Made by a program: the position numbers and the translations under genes. Of a stretch of DNA of 62,419 bases, positions 28,059 through 38,054 are shown in pieces. Source of the stretch: an uncultured Gammaproteobacteria bacterium (GTDB lineage: Bacteria; Pseudomonadota; Gammaproteobacteria; Steroidobacterales; UBA11654); contig CAXGBD010000001.1 of the NCBI GenBank assembly GCA_964008355.1, positions 1-62,419 on the forward strand. Direction: 5' to 3'. The notes under the pieces are model-generated. The model was not told where the DNA came from. It saw only the letters and a program-made list of their open reading frames with translations, and did no database searches. Numbering within the stretch: the stretch's first letter is position 1; every line of letters begins with the position of its first letter.

Positions 28059-30515
28059 ATGGTTAAAGAGATTTGGCAAGTTTATAAATTTGGTGGGAGC
28101 AGTTTAGCAGATGGGCAATGTCTGCTAACAGTCAACCGAATTATCCATCAAAATAAGAGCTCTAATCTTATTGTTGTGGTTTCTGCAATGGCAGGGATGA
28201 CCGATCAACTCGTGGATTACTCTAAATCAAAAGATAATTCAATTTTGCTCAAAATAGAAGATCGATACCGAAGGACACTTCAAGAAACCATTCATGAAAA
28301 ATCAATTATAAAAAGCCTTGAAGATGAGTTTAGGAATGATTTGAATACCATAAAGGAACTTGCACAATCATTTTCAACAGAAAAGATAAGTATAGAAGAA
28401 AATCAAGTGCTAGGTTTTGGTGAACTATGGTCCTCCAGGCTTATTCAAGGTATTTTAAGTCAAGCATCTTCAAGCGATCTAAATGACAGAGATTTGCATC
28501 TGATTAATCCTTTTGATGTTATTACTCTTTATCCTACAGATATGGGTGCCAATGTAGATTGGGCAGAGTCAGAGAAATCTTTTAATAAAGTATTCTCTGG
28601 TAGGAATGGAATATTTGTTATGGCAGGCTTTATTGCAAAAAATTCAGATTCTGTACCCACGAATTTAGGTAGAAATGGCAGCGATTATTCAGCATCAATC
28701 ATAGGTTCACTGGCTAAGGCTAGGTCCGTTTCTATCTGGACGGATACTGACGGCATTATGACAGCTGATCCTAATCAAATTCAAACAGCAAAAACCATTG
28801 AGCAAATGTCTTATGACGAAGCAATAGAGTTAGCTTATTTTGGAGCTGAGGTAATACATGAAAAAACAATGCTACCATTGATGAATAAAGGGATCCCTAT
28901 TTACATTCGGAACACATTCAACCCTGAATCTCAAGGAACTGAAATTTCATCTAAGGTCAATGGTGTTAATAGCGTTAAAGGGATAACAACCATTGACAAT
29001 ATTATTTTGGTAAATGTTGAAGGCTCAGGGATGATAGGTGTCCCAGGAACAGCAAAGCGATTATTTTCATGTCTTAGCGATGCTGGAATATCAGTCATAC
29101 TCATAACACAAGCTAGTTCAGAACATTCAATTTGTTTTGCTATAGATGACAAGTATTCAGATCAAATTGAAAGCGTTCTTCAAGTGGAATTTAACATCGA
29201 TTTCCAAAATGGAAATCTACAACAGCTCCAAATACAAGAAAATTGCAGCATTATTGCTGTAGTTGGATCAGGAATGACGGGAACAAAAGGTATCGCAGCT
29301 CAATTTTTTAAAGCAATTACTCAATCAGAAGTTAATATAATGGCTATTGCACAGGGCTCTTCAGAAAAAAATATTTCTGTAGTGGTAAAAAAGGACGATT
29401 TAAATCAAGCAGTTCAATCCGTTCACAATGCCTTTTTTACAGGCAAAACTGAACTAATTATAGCTCTAGTTGGTTTTGGTAATGTGGGACAAGAATTTTA
29501 TCATCAAGTGGAAGCACAAAAAGACAAAATTTTTAAAGATTTTAACTTGGAGATTAATTTTGTGGCTATCGCAAATTCATCCCATATGATTCTAGACGAA
29601 GATATTTCCGAGTCTGATATAGCTTCATTAATTGCAAAAGATCAATCATGTCAAGCATCTAAAGTTGAAGATATTATTGATTTTCTAGAGAAAACACCTG
29701 CAGATCTTAAGGTTTTTATTGATTGTTCAGCAAGTGATACGATTCCAGATCTCTATACGGAGTGTTTCCAATCAGGAATAAATGTCATTACGGCAAATAA
29801 GAAGGGTTTAAGCGGACCTTTAAGTCGTTATAGGGATATTATGAGATCTGCTAAAAACAATAAACGTACTTTTTTATATGAAACCACTGCAGGAGCTGCT
29901 CTACCGTTTATAAAATCAGTAAAAGATATTTCAATCTCAGGAGATGTAATCGAGGAAATAGAAGGAGTGTTTTCAGGGACATTGGCCTATTTATTCAATT
30001 CTTTCGATGGATCTAAACCATTTTCAAATATCGTCTCAACTGCCAGAGAACAGGGTTATACAGAGCCAGATCCTAGAGATGATCTGTCAGGAATGGATGT
30101 CGCAAGAAAATTAGCAATTTTAGCAAGAGAAATGGGACTAAACATTGAAGTCAAGGATGTTGAAATAGAAAATCTAGTTAGTCAGAATCATAGTGATCTT
30201 AGTGTTGTAGATTATTTAAAAGAAATGGTAAATGATGATTCAATAATGGAGAAAAGATATAAACAAGCCAATCATGACGGGAAAGTTCTTTGCTACCTAG
30301 CTCGTCTAAACGCTGATGGCAAGGCCTCAGTAAAATTGGAAGCTTTGAGTAAAGAGCATCCATTTTCTCGATTAGAGGGTACAGAAAATATCATAAAATA
30401 CAAAACTAGGCGTTATTCAAAACACCCTCTAGTGCATCGCGGGCCAGGGGCAGGACCAGAAGTAACTGCTGCTGGTATATTTGGTGATTTATTAGCTTTT
30501 TTGAACACTCATTAG
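28059..30515 (+). CDS. thrA: bifunctional aspartokinase / homoserine dehydrogenase
   Basis: 818 aa. N-terminal VYKFGGSSLADG kinase, ACT region, and C-terminal HSDH with LVGFGNVGQ. Confidence 0.95.
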   Translation: MVKEIWQVYKFGGSSLADGQCLLTVNRIIHQNKSSNLIVVVSAMAGMTDQLVDYSKSKDNSILLKIEDRYRRTLQETIHEKSIIKSLEDEFRNDLNTIKELAQSFSTEKISIEENQVLGFGELWSSRLIQGILSQASSSDLNDRDLHLINPFDVITLYPTDMGANVDWAESEKSFNKVFSGRNGIFVMAGFIAKNSDSVPTNLGRNGSDYSASIIGSLAKARSVSIWTDTDGIMTADPNQIQTAKTIEQMSYDEAIELAYFGAEVIHEKTMLPLMNKGIPIYIRNTFNPESQGTEISSKVNGVNSVKGITTIDNIILVNVEGSGMIGVPGTAKRLFSCLSDAGISVILITQASSEHSICFAIDDKYSDQIESVLQVEFNIDFQNGNLQQLQIQENCSIIAVVGSGMTGTKGIAAQFFKAITQSEVNIMAIAQGSSEKNISVVVKKDDLNQAVQSVHNAFFTGKTELIIALVGFGNVGQEFYHQVEAQKDKIFKDFNLEINFVAIANSSHMILDEDISESDIASLIAKDQSCQASKVEDIIDFLEKTPADLKVFIDCSASDTIPDLYTECFQSGINVITANKKGLSGPLSRYRDIMRSAKNNKRTFLYETTAGAALPFIKSVKDISISGDVIEEIEGVFSGTLAYLFNSFDGSKPFSNIVSTAREQGYTEPDPRDDLSGMDVARKLAILAREMGLNIEVKDVEIENLVSQNHSDLSVVDYLKEMVNDDSIMEKRYKQANHDGKVLCYLARLNADGKASVKLEALSKEHPFSRLEGTENIIKYKTRRYSKHPLVHRGPGAGPEVTAAGIFGDLLAFLNTH

Positions 30516-30534
30516 CCTAGAAAATTAACCAATA

Positions 30535-31842
30535 ATGAGATACATCAGTACAAAGGGCCATTCTATCCCCTCGATAGAAGATGCTTTGTTCAGTGGCACT
30601 TCTACAGACGGGGGCCTGGTAATGCCTGAGTCAATCCCAGAAGTTAAGATTAATGACTTTAGTCAGTTTTTGAGTTACCAGGAATTTTCTCATCAAATAT
30701 TATTACCTTATTTTGCAGGCTCAAGTGTAGAAAATGAATTAGAAGATATCGTTAACAAAGCTTTTAATTTTCCATTAATTAACAAAGATTATTTTGAAAA
30801 AGATCTTCAGTACTCTGTTCTTGAATTGTTCCATGGACCAACTGCAGCATTTAAAGACTTTGGGGCGCGTTTCTTATCTTTGACAATGTCTGAGATAACT
30901 AGAAAAAATAAAAACCCTGGAATAACCACTATTTTGGTTGCCACATCAGGAGATACCGGAGGTGCTGTTGCATCAGCTTTTGATCAATGCCCTGAATTTA
31001 AAGTGGTGGTTTTGTTTCCAGAAGGAAGAGTCTCTCCAAGACAAAAGCATCAGTTAACTTGCTGGGGTGATAATGTCACTTCAATTGAGGTTAAAGGAGA
31101 GTTTGACGACTGTCAGCGGTTGGTTAAAGAAGCTTTTAGTAACAATGAACTCTCAATGAAGCATAATTTATGTTCTGCCAATAGTATTAATATTGGTCGT
31201 TTGCTTCCTCAAGCAACTTATTACGCATGGTCTAGCTTAAAGCGATATAAAGGATCTGGAGATAATACGAGTTTTATTGTGCCGACAGGTAATTTAGGTA
31301 ATGCTTTTGCCTGTTTTATTGCCAAAGAGATGGGGTTTCCAATAGATCAGATTATTTTTGCAACCAATTCGAATAAAACCATTTCCGATTTTATTTCCAC
31401 AGGCCAATGGGAACCAAGAGCGACACTACCTACGTTAGCCTCTGCAATGGATGTTGGCAATCCAAGTAATATGGAAAGATTCTTTCATTTTTTTGATAGT
31501 CCTGAGACCTTGATTGATAAACTTCAAGCCGTATCGGTAACCGACGAACAGATCATCGACCAAATCAGAAGTGAGTATCAAGATAATCAAATACTGTGTT
31601 GTCCTCATACTGCAACCGCTTTGCATGTCTATCGAGGACTTTGTGATAGTGATAAAAAAGAGACCCATTGGTGTATTGCTGCTACAGCACACCCATCAAA
31701 ATTCGAAAACATAGTCGAACCAATCATTGGCGAAGAGATTATGGTGCCTGAGAAGCTTAGAGCTCTTCTTGAACTTGATTCATCCTTTGTAACAATAGAC
31801 CCAGAACTGAATCAATTGGTTGATATTATTGCTTCTGCTTAA
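30535..31842 (+). CDS. thrC: threonine synthase
   Basis: ELFHGPTAAFKDFGARF (PLP lysine motif, as in E. coli ThrC). 435 aa. Confidence 0.95.
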   Translation: MRYISTKGHSIPSIEDALFSGTSTDGGLVMPESIPEVKINDFSQFLSYQEFSHQILLPYFAGSSVENELEDIVNKAFNFPLINKDYFEKDLQYSVLELFHGPTAAFKDFGARFLSLTMSEITRKNKNPGITTILVATSGDTGGAVASAFDQCPEFKVVVLFPEGRVSPRQKHQLTCWGDNVTSIEVKGEFDDCQRLVKEAFSNNELSMKHNLCSANSINIGRLLPQATYYAWSSLKRYKGSGDNTSFIVPTGNLGNAFACFIAKEMGFPIDQIIFATNSNKTISDFISTGQWEPRATLPTLASAMDVGNPSNMERFFHFFDSPETLIDKLQAVSVTDEQIIDQIRSEYQDNQILCCPHTATALHVYRGLCDSDKKETHWCIAATAHPSKFENIVEPIIGEEIMVPEKLRALLELDSSFVTIDPELNQLVDIIASA

Positions 31843-32626
31843 AGAAAAGCCTCTCTGAGTTTTGATAAGTGTTTAACATCACTTCTTGGAGATCTAATTT
31901 TTTTAACTCAGCAATCGCTTGGGCTATATAGGGTAAAAAACATGGTTCATTTCTCCTTGTTTTTAATTCCTTCTCCAAGGCCTTAGGCATAAGGTAGGGT
32001 GAGTCGGTTTCAATTAATAACTTATCCATGGGAATATAGTGAATTGAATCAATCAGATCTTGGTTTCTTCGTGGATCACAAAGCCAGCCGGTAATGCCAA
32101 TATACAATCCAATATCCAGGTATGCTTTCAGTTGTTTTTTATTTCCGGTGAAACAATGAGCTACACCATCAATGACCGAAGACTCATGCTCTTTTAAAAT
32201 GCCAATAAAGTCATTATGTGCATCTCTTTGATGGAGAAAAATGGGGAGAGAATTTTTAAGAGCAATTTGAAGTTGGATCCGGAAGACTTTTTGTTGCTCT
32301 CTAGGTTCTGAAAAGTTTCTAAAATAGTCCAAGCCACATTCTCCTACGGCCACAATATTTTCGTTTTGTATTAACTCATCAAGTGTCTCAGCGAATAAAT
32401 CGTCTGCTTCTTTGGCATGGTGAGGATGTACCCCTGATGTTCCCCATAGAATCCCAGAGTATTGCTTTATCATTGCAGCCACCCTTTTTGATTCACTGAT
32501 AGAACTTGCTGTGACTATAATTTTTGCTATGCCAGCATCCTGACTTCTCTTGATGACTTGGTCAATATCAAGATCATAGCTTTCATGAGTTAGATTGGCT
32601 CCGATATCGATTAATTGAGTTGCCAT
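31826..32626 (-). CDS. tatD: TatD family metal-dependent hydrolase/DNase
   Basis: LIDIGANLTHES start, GVHPHH, GECGLDY and ETDSPYL motifs. 266 aa. Confidence 0.9.
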   Translation of the reverse strand: MATQLIDIGANLTHESYDLDIDQVIKRSQDAGIAKIIVTASSISESKRVAAMIKQYSGILWGTSGVHPHHAKEADDLFAETLDELIQNENIVAVGECGLDYFRNFSEPREQQKVFRIQLQIALKNSLPIFLHQRDAHNDFIGILKEHESSVIDGVAHCFTGNKKQLKAYLDIGLYIGITGWLCDPRRNQDLIDSIHYIPMDKLLIETDSPYLMPKALEKELKTRRNEPCFLPYIAQAIAELKKLDLQEVMLNTYQNSERLFFKQKQ

Positions 32627-32679
32627 AAATTTTTCTATAATTTATTGATACAATGCCAGTGCATCAAATTTGAAGAGTT

Positions 32680-33447
32680 ATGAAATTGTATAAACAAAAA
32701 CTACTGTTGCTCTTTTTAGTTCTTTTGGTCAGCCCGCCTGATTCGAATTCAATTGAAACAGACTCTAACCTTATAATCAAACAAAGCTATGAAGACTATC
32801 TTGGAGAACATAAAGATGATTTAATTCGTAGTTATCAATCTCTCTTGAGCAAACTCGCTGAGAGTGAAAATGAGAGCGTTGTTTCTCTGCTGACATTACA
32901 TGAATTTTTAATTGCAGATATCTCCAACAGAAAAGACAAAAAAAAATTTTCAAAATCTTGCATTGATCGAAATCAAATCATACAACAATCGAATCGTTAT
33001 CCTCCTGAAGTGTACGCATTTCTTTCTGCTTGCTATGGTTTAAGCGCTCAAAGTAACTTATTAAAGGCCGCTAGTCATGGTGCTAAATCTGGTCGGATGA
33101 TTGAGCGGGCTCTTGAAATCGACTCAAACAATCCCTTTATATACTTGGTAAAGGGGATAGGGGACTATCAAAGACCCGAACTATTTGGTGGCAGCTCTGA
33201 AAATGCAATCAAGAACCTCAATCGAGCCATAGATTTATACCAAATGCGTCTGGAGAACACCATGCAGATAGGAGAAGCTATAGCTCATTATCATCTTGCA
33301 GTGATTTATTTTTTTACAAAGCAAGAATTTGAGCTCTCTTTAAAGCATGCTCGATTAGCCTTAAAACTAGAGCCCAATTATAGAAGGGCAATGACTTTTG
33401 AAAACCAATTAATGACGATCGTCAAAGAAACTGAACTTATTAATTGA
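32680..33447 (+). CDS. exported hypothetical protein, TPR-like helical repeats
   Basis: Signal peptide MKLYKQKLLLLFLVLLVS. C-terminal TPR-like HYHLAVIYFFTKQEFELSLKHARLALKLEPNY. No family recognised. Confidence 0.5.
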   Translation: MKLYKQKLLLLFLVLLVSPPDSNSIETDSNLIIKQSYEDYLGEHKDDLIRSYQSLLSKLAESENESVVSLLTLHEFLIADISNRKDKKKFSKSCIDRNQIIQQSNRYPPEVYAFLSACYGLSAQSNLLKAASHGAKSGRMIERALEIDSNNPFIYLVKGIGDYQRPELFGGSSENAIKNLNRAIDLYQMRLENTMQIGEAIAHYHLAVIYFFTKQEFELSLKHARLALKLEPNYRRAMTFENQLMTIVKETELIN

Positions 33448-33449
33448 TC

Positions 33450-34469
33450 TTAGTCGGGTTGCCATTTAAACAAAAAGGCACCTAGTGATGTAAATACAAC
33501 AGAGATCACTATTAGAATCATAAGTTCAAAAGAAATCTCGGTGATGGTTGCCCCATCAATCATGATTGCTCTTGCCGCATTCAGTGTGTGTGTCAGAGGG
33601 AAAAAATTGGAAAGAGTTATTACCCACTCCGGTGATCCTTCCAAGGAGAAAAATATCCCAGATAAAGTCATCATCGGCCAGGTCATAAGATTGAGTAATC
33701 CTCCGGCTAGTTCTTCACTCGAGACTCTCGAAGCAATCAGCAAACCCATGGAAATGAGTGAAGTAGCTCCCAGTATCCCAACCAGCAGCAATACAAAGTA
33801 ACTGCCTTCCATTCTTGTTTCAAGAATAAAACTAGCCCCTATATAAATAAAAATTGCCATAGACATTGTCAGGATTAATCGAGACAGGACTTGAGCAATA
33901 ATGAATTCTATTGCTTGTAGTGGCGTTGCTTTAAGCCGTTTAAGGAAACCATTCTTTCTATAACGCACAATGACATAGCCCACACCAAATAAACAGCCAA
34001 ACATTAAATTCATACCAAGCACCCCAGGCAGGAGCCATTCAACGTAACGGATGTTTTTTCCTTGCACAACACCTTTAAGGAATTCATCTTTTGAGGATTG
34101 TAGAAGGATTTTCTCAACCATATAGCCCGTTGGTGACTCTTCATTTATCCAGTAATGAATGACTGGACCATCTAGGTCAACAAGCATGTCTAATTTATGC
34201 CTTCTAACTGATTCCAATCCAGCATCTTGATCAACTATTTGGATTTTATTAATGTATCGGATATCCATGAACGGATGATCAATTTCACTGATGACTGGAT
34301 TGTTGGTTAGGACTCCAATTTTGAACTGGTTTCGTTCTCCTGCAGAAAAGACAAAATTGAGACCAAAAAGCACTATCACTGGAAACATTATATTCCATGA
34401 CAATGTACCCCTATCCCTTACAAATTCAAGGTTTCTTGCATGAAAGACTGCCAAAATCCTAGCTATCAT
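33450..34469 (-). CDS. ABC-2 type transporter permease
   Basis: One N-terminal TM helix, a large loop and five C-terminal TM helices. 4-nt overlap with the upstream ATPase gene. Confidence 0.8.
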   Translation of the reverse strand: MIARILAVFHARNLEFVRDRGTLSWNIMFPVIVLFGLNFVFSAGERNQFKIGVLTNNPVISEIDHPFMDIRYINKIQIVDQDAGLESVRRHKLDMLVDLDGPVIHYWINEESPTGYMVEKILLQSSKDEFLKGVVQGKNIRYVEWLLPGVLGMNLMFGCLFGVGYVIVRYRKNGFLKRLKATPLQAIEFIIAQVLSRLILTMSMAIFIYIGASFILETRMEGSYFVLLLVGILGATSLISMGLLIASRVSSEELAGGLLNLMTWPMMTLSGIFFSLEGSPEWVITLSNFFPLTHTLNAARAIMIDGATITEISFELMILIVISVVFTSLGAFLFKWQPD

Positions 34470-35350
34470 GAGCGGAGTTCGCTCCCAGTGAGTTCGAGAA
34501 ATAAATCTTCCAAATTAAAGGATCTAATTTTCAAGTTATCAAGGGAAATATTATGTTTTTTTAAGAGATCCAAAGTGCTCGAAATGTCTCGAGTATATAT
34601 TTCATAATGCCCATATTTGAGTTCATATTTTATAGGTATATCTAACTCACCATTCACCACTTCATTTTCTGGTAGTTCCAAAATAACTTCTTTAAAATGA
34701 GCAGCTATTAATTTTTTTGGTTCACCACTGGCTAAAATTTTACCCTTGTCCATGATGATAATTTCATCGCAGAGGTAATCGGCTTCTTCCATATAATGCG
34801 TAGTCAGTATTATGGTCGTTTTTCTTAATTTGATTTTCTCCACCATGTTCCAAAAATTACGCCTAGCTTGAGGATCAAGACCTGTTGTTGGTTCATCCAT
34901 AAATAATAATTCAGGTTGGTTGATCAGAGCAATGGCAACCAGTAATCTCTGTCTTTGACCTCCTGATAATTTCCTATTGTCTCTAGACAGAAGGTTTTCT
35001 AGAGAACATTCCTGAATGATTTCATCCAGATGAGCTGGATGAGGATACAATTTATGAAACAATTTCAATGTTTCTTTAACTGTCAAGAATTCTTGTAAGG
35101 CCGTCGCTTGAAATTGAATGCCTGTTTCCTTGTGAAAGTTCTTATTAATGGGCTGATCTTTATATAGGATAGTTCCTCCATCAGACGCAGTAATGCCTTC
35201 AATAATTTCTATAACAGTTGTTTTCCCAGCTCCATTGGGTCCAAGTAAACCAAAGCATATCCCTTTTTTTACAGCAAAACTAATCCCGTCGACAGCGATC
35301 ACGTCCGGGTATTTTTTCCTCAAATTTTTAACTTCAAGTATGTTTAACAT
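34466..35350 (-). CDS. ABC transporter ATP-binding protein
   Basis: Walker A GLLGPNGAGKTT, signature LSGGQRQRL and Walker B LLFMDEPTTGLD. Confidence 0.92.
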   Translation of the reverse strand: MLNILEVKNLRKKYPDVIAVDGISFAVKKGICFGLLGPNGAGKTTVIEIIEGITASDGGTILYKDQPINKNFHKETGIQFQATALQEFLTVKETLKLFHKLYPHPAHLDEIIQECSLENLLSRDNRKLSGGQRQRLLVAIALINQPELLFMDEPTTGLDPQARRNFWNMVEKIKLRKTTIILTTHYMEEADYLCDEIIIMDKGKILASGEPKKLIAAHFKEVILELPENEVVNGELDIPIKYELKYGHYEIYTRDISSTLDLLKKHNISLDNLKIRSFNLEDLFLELTGSELRS

Positions 35351-35373
35351 GTATCAAGCTTAGAATTTTTAGT

Positions 35374-37986
35374 TTAAGTAACTAAGCGCCTAATAACGTA
35401 TTGCAAGATGCCACCATGTAGAAAGTAATCCCATTCCTTTGGGGTATCAATTCGAACTTTAGTAATGAATTCTTTACTGGTTTCTTGTTCATTGTTGGTG
35501 GCAGTTATTTTAATGTGTTTACTGTCAGGATGAATATTTTCTATATCAAATAACTCGAAACCATCTAATTGGAGTTGATCTGCATTTTCACCAGTATTGA
35601 ATTCCAGGGGCAACACACCCATTCCAATCAGGTTGGATCGGTGGATACGTTCAAATGATTCCGCAATCACAGCTTTAACACCTAGGAGTGCAGTTCCTTT
35701 GGCTGCCCAATCCCTTGATGATCCGGTACCATATTCTTTCCCTGCAATGACTATAAGTTCAGTTTGGTTTTGTTGGTAGTGCGAGGCAGCCTCGTAAATT
35801 GAAATAGGCTCTGTTCCTGGAGATAGTTTGGTCCAACTCCCTTCAGTTGCAGCTGCCAATTTATTTCTCAGTCTAATATTTGCAAAAGTACCCCTCATCA
35901 TCACTTCATGATTGCCTCTTCTGGAGCCATAGGAATTAAAATCCTTTTTTTCCACTCCTCGTTCCAATAAATACTGTCCTGCAGGTGAGCTAGGATCAAT
36001 ACTGCCAGCAGGAGAGATATGGTCTGTGGTTACAAAGTCTCCTAACAGAGCCAGTACTCTTGCTTGTTTAATTTTTGTTCTTGGTTCAGGTTTCATGGTC
36101 ATGGAATCAAAATAAGGAGGTTTCTTGATGTAAGTTGAGTCTTGATCCCAGTCAAAAATTTCTCCCTTTGGTGTAGTTATGTTCTGCCAATTCGAATCAC
36201 CATCAAGGGCTGTTGTATAACTTTGATTAAACATTTCCGGGGTTATAGTTTCCGTTATCAATTGTTGAATCTCTTGTTGTGCTGGCCAAATATCACGGAG
36301 GAAGATTTCTGTTCCGTTTTCCAGTGTTCCAAGGGGCTCTTTGCTCAGATTGATCATGATGGAGCCTGCTATAGCATAGGCAACAACCAAGGGTGGTGAT
36401 GCCAGAAAATTAAGCTTTACCAAAGGATGAATACGACCCTCAAAATTTCTATTTCCCGACAAGACACTGGAAGTAATGAGTGCTTCTGATGAGACAGTTT
36501 TAGCAACTTCTACATTCAGTGGACCTGAGTTACCAATGCAGGTGGTACAGCCATAGCCGACAAGGTTAAAACCGAGCGACTCAAGGTCTTCAAGAAGATT
36601 AGTTTTTTTGAGATATTCAGTGACAACTCTTGAACCTGGAGCTAGGCTGGTTTTCACCCAAGGTTTTGGCTTTAGTCCTAATTTTCTGGCATTTCTTGCT
36701 AACAGGCCAGCAGCAATCATGACTGCTGGATTTGATGTATTGGTGCAACTGGTGATAGCAGCAATCAACACAGATCCATGACTCAATTCATCGCATTGTC
36801 TGTTGGCATTGCCAAGCTCTTTCTCAATAACTGTTGGCACTGTATCCAGATTGATACGATCATGAGGCCTTTTTGGTCCTGAAATACAAGGTTGGATATT
36901 TTCTAAGTGCAGTTCAATAATATCTTTATAGTTAGCTTCTGGTTGTCCACTTTCCCGCCACAGATTCTGAGTTTTAGCATACTTTTCAACCAACTCTATG
37001 TGATGACTATCTCTTCCGGTTAAGTGTAAATAGCGGATGGTTTCTTTATCGATTGGAAAAATGGCACAAGTACTTCCGAATTCAGGAGCCATATTACTGA
37101 GTGTGGCTCTGTCTGAAACTGGAAGATTCGCAAGATCATCACCAAAGAACTCAACAAATTTTCCGACTACTCCATGTGTTCTCATTAGTTCAGTAACAGT
37201 AAGGACCAAATCTGTTGCGGTGACTCCATCCTCAAGTCGACCACAGACCTTGATGCCAACTACATCGGGTATCAGCATAGTGATGGGCTGTCCCAGCATT
37301 GCAGCCTCTGCTTCTATACCACCCACTCCCCAACCCAGTGTTCCAATTCCATTAATCATGGTTGTATGAGAGTCTGTACCAACTAAAGTATCTGGGAAAG
37401 CAACCCTTCCATGCTCTCTTTGTTCTGAGAAAATAACACGACCCAAATACTCAAGATTGACTTGATGAATGATACCTGTGTTGGGTGGTATGACTTTAAA
37501 GTTAGAGAAGGATTCTTGTCCCCATTTTAGAAATTTGTAACGTTCTTTGTTTCTTTCAAACTCAATTTTATTATTTTGATCCAAGGCATTTTGTGTACCA
37601 AAATGATCCACTTGAACTGAATGATCTATGACTAATTCTGCTGGAGAGAGAGGGTTGATATCATTGGGGTTTCCTCCTAATTCAGAAACTGCATCTCTCA
37701 TAGCGGCGAGATCAACGACAGCTGGCACTCCAGTGAAATCTTGCAGGATGACTCGACTCGGAGTGAACGATATTTCTGTTGTTGTTTTTGATTTTGGATT
37801 CCAATTAATAATTGCATCTGCATCCTCTGAATGGGAATCATCAGTGTCATGGTGTCTCAGAACATTTTCCAAAAGGATTTTGTGAGAGTAGGGGATTGTA
37901 GCTAGTTTTGATTTTTCAACCGTATTTAGATCGTTGTAAAAATACTTGATGCCATTGATTTCAAACGATTGAAGCGATTTAGTCAT
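35374..37986 (-). CDS. acnA: aconitate hydratase A
   Basis: 870 aa. DSHTTM, the Fe-S ligand contexts ITSCTNTSNP and GCTTCIGNSG, and the swivel domain GKEYGTGSSRDWAAKG. Confidence 0.95.
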   Translation of the reverse strand: MTKSLQSFEINGIKYFYNDLNTVEKSKLATIPYSHKILLENVLRHHDTDDSHSEDADAIINWNPKSKTTTEISFTPSRVILQDFTGVPAVVDLAAMRDAVSELGGNPNDINPLSPAELVIDHSVQVDHFGTQNALDQNNKIEFERNKERYKFLKWGQESFSNFKVIPPNTGIIHQVNLEYLGRVIFSEQREHGRVAFPDTLVGTDSHTTMINGIGTLGWGVGGIEAEAAMLGQPITMLIPDVVGIKVCGRLEDGVTATDLVLTVTELMRTHGVVGKFVEFFGDDLANLPVSDRATLSNMAPEFGSTCAIFPIDKETIRYLHLTGRDSHHIELVEKYAKTQNLWRESGQPEANYKDIIELHLENIQPCISGPKRPHDRINLDTVPTVIEKELGNANRQCDELSHGSVLIAAITSCTNTSNPAVMIAAGLLARNARKLGLKPKPWVKTSLAPGSRVVTEYLKKTNLLEDLESLGFNLVGYGCTTCIGNSGPLNVEVAKTVSSEALITSSVLSGNRNFEGRIHPLVKLNFLASPPLVVAYAIAGSIMINLSKEPLGTLENGTEIFLRDIWPAQQEIQQLITETITPEMFNQSYTTALDGDSNWQNITTPKGEIFDWDQDSTYIKKPPYFDSMTMKPEPRTKIKQARVLALLGDFVTTDHISPAGSIDPSSPAGQYLLERGVEKKDFNSYGSRRGNHEVMMRGTFANIRLRNKLAAATEGSWTKLSPGTEPISIYEAASHYQQNQTELIVIAGKEYGTGSSRDWAAKGTALLGVKAVIAESFERIHRSNLIGMGVLPLEFNTGENADQLQLDGFELFDIENIHPDSKHIKITATNNEQETSKEFITKVRIDTPKEWDYFLHGGILQYVIRRLVT

Positions 37987-38054
37987 AAAAATAGTCCATT
38001 AATCTTTTCTCTAATCTTGGGCGGTGATTGTATCTGAATACTTCCTTTTTGTCT

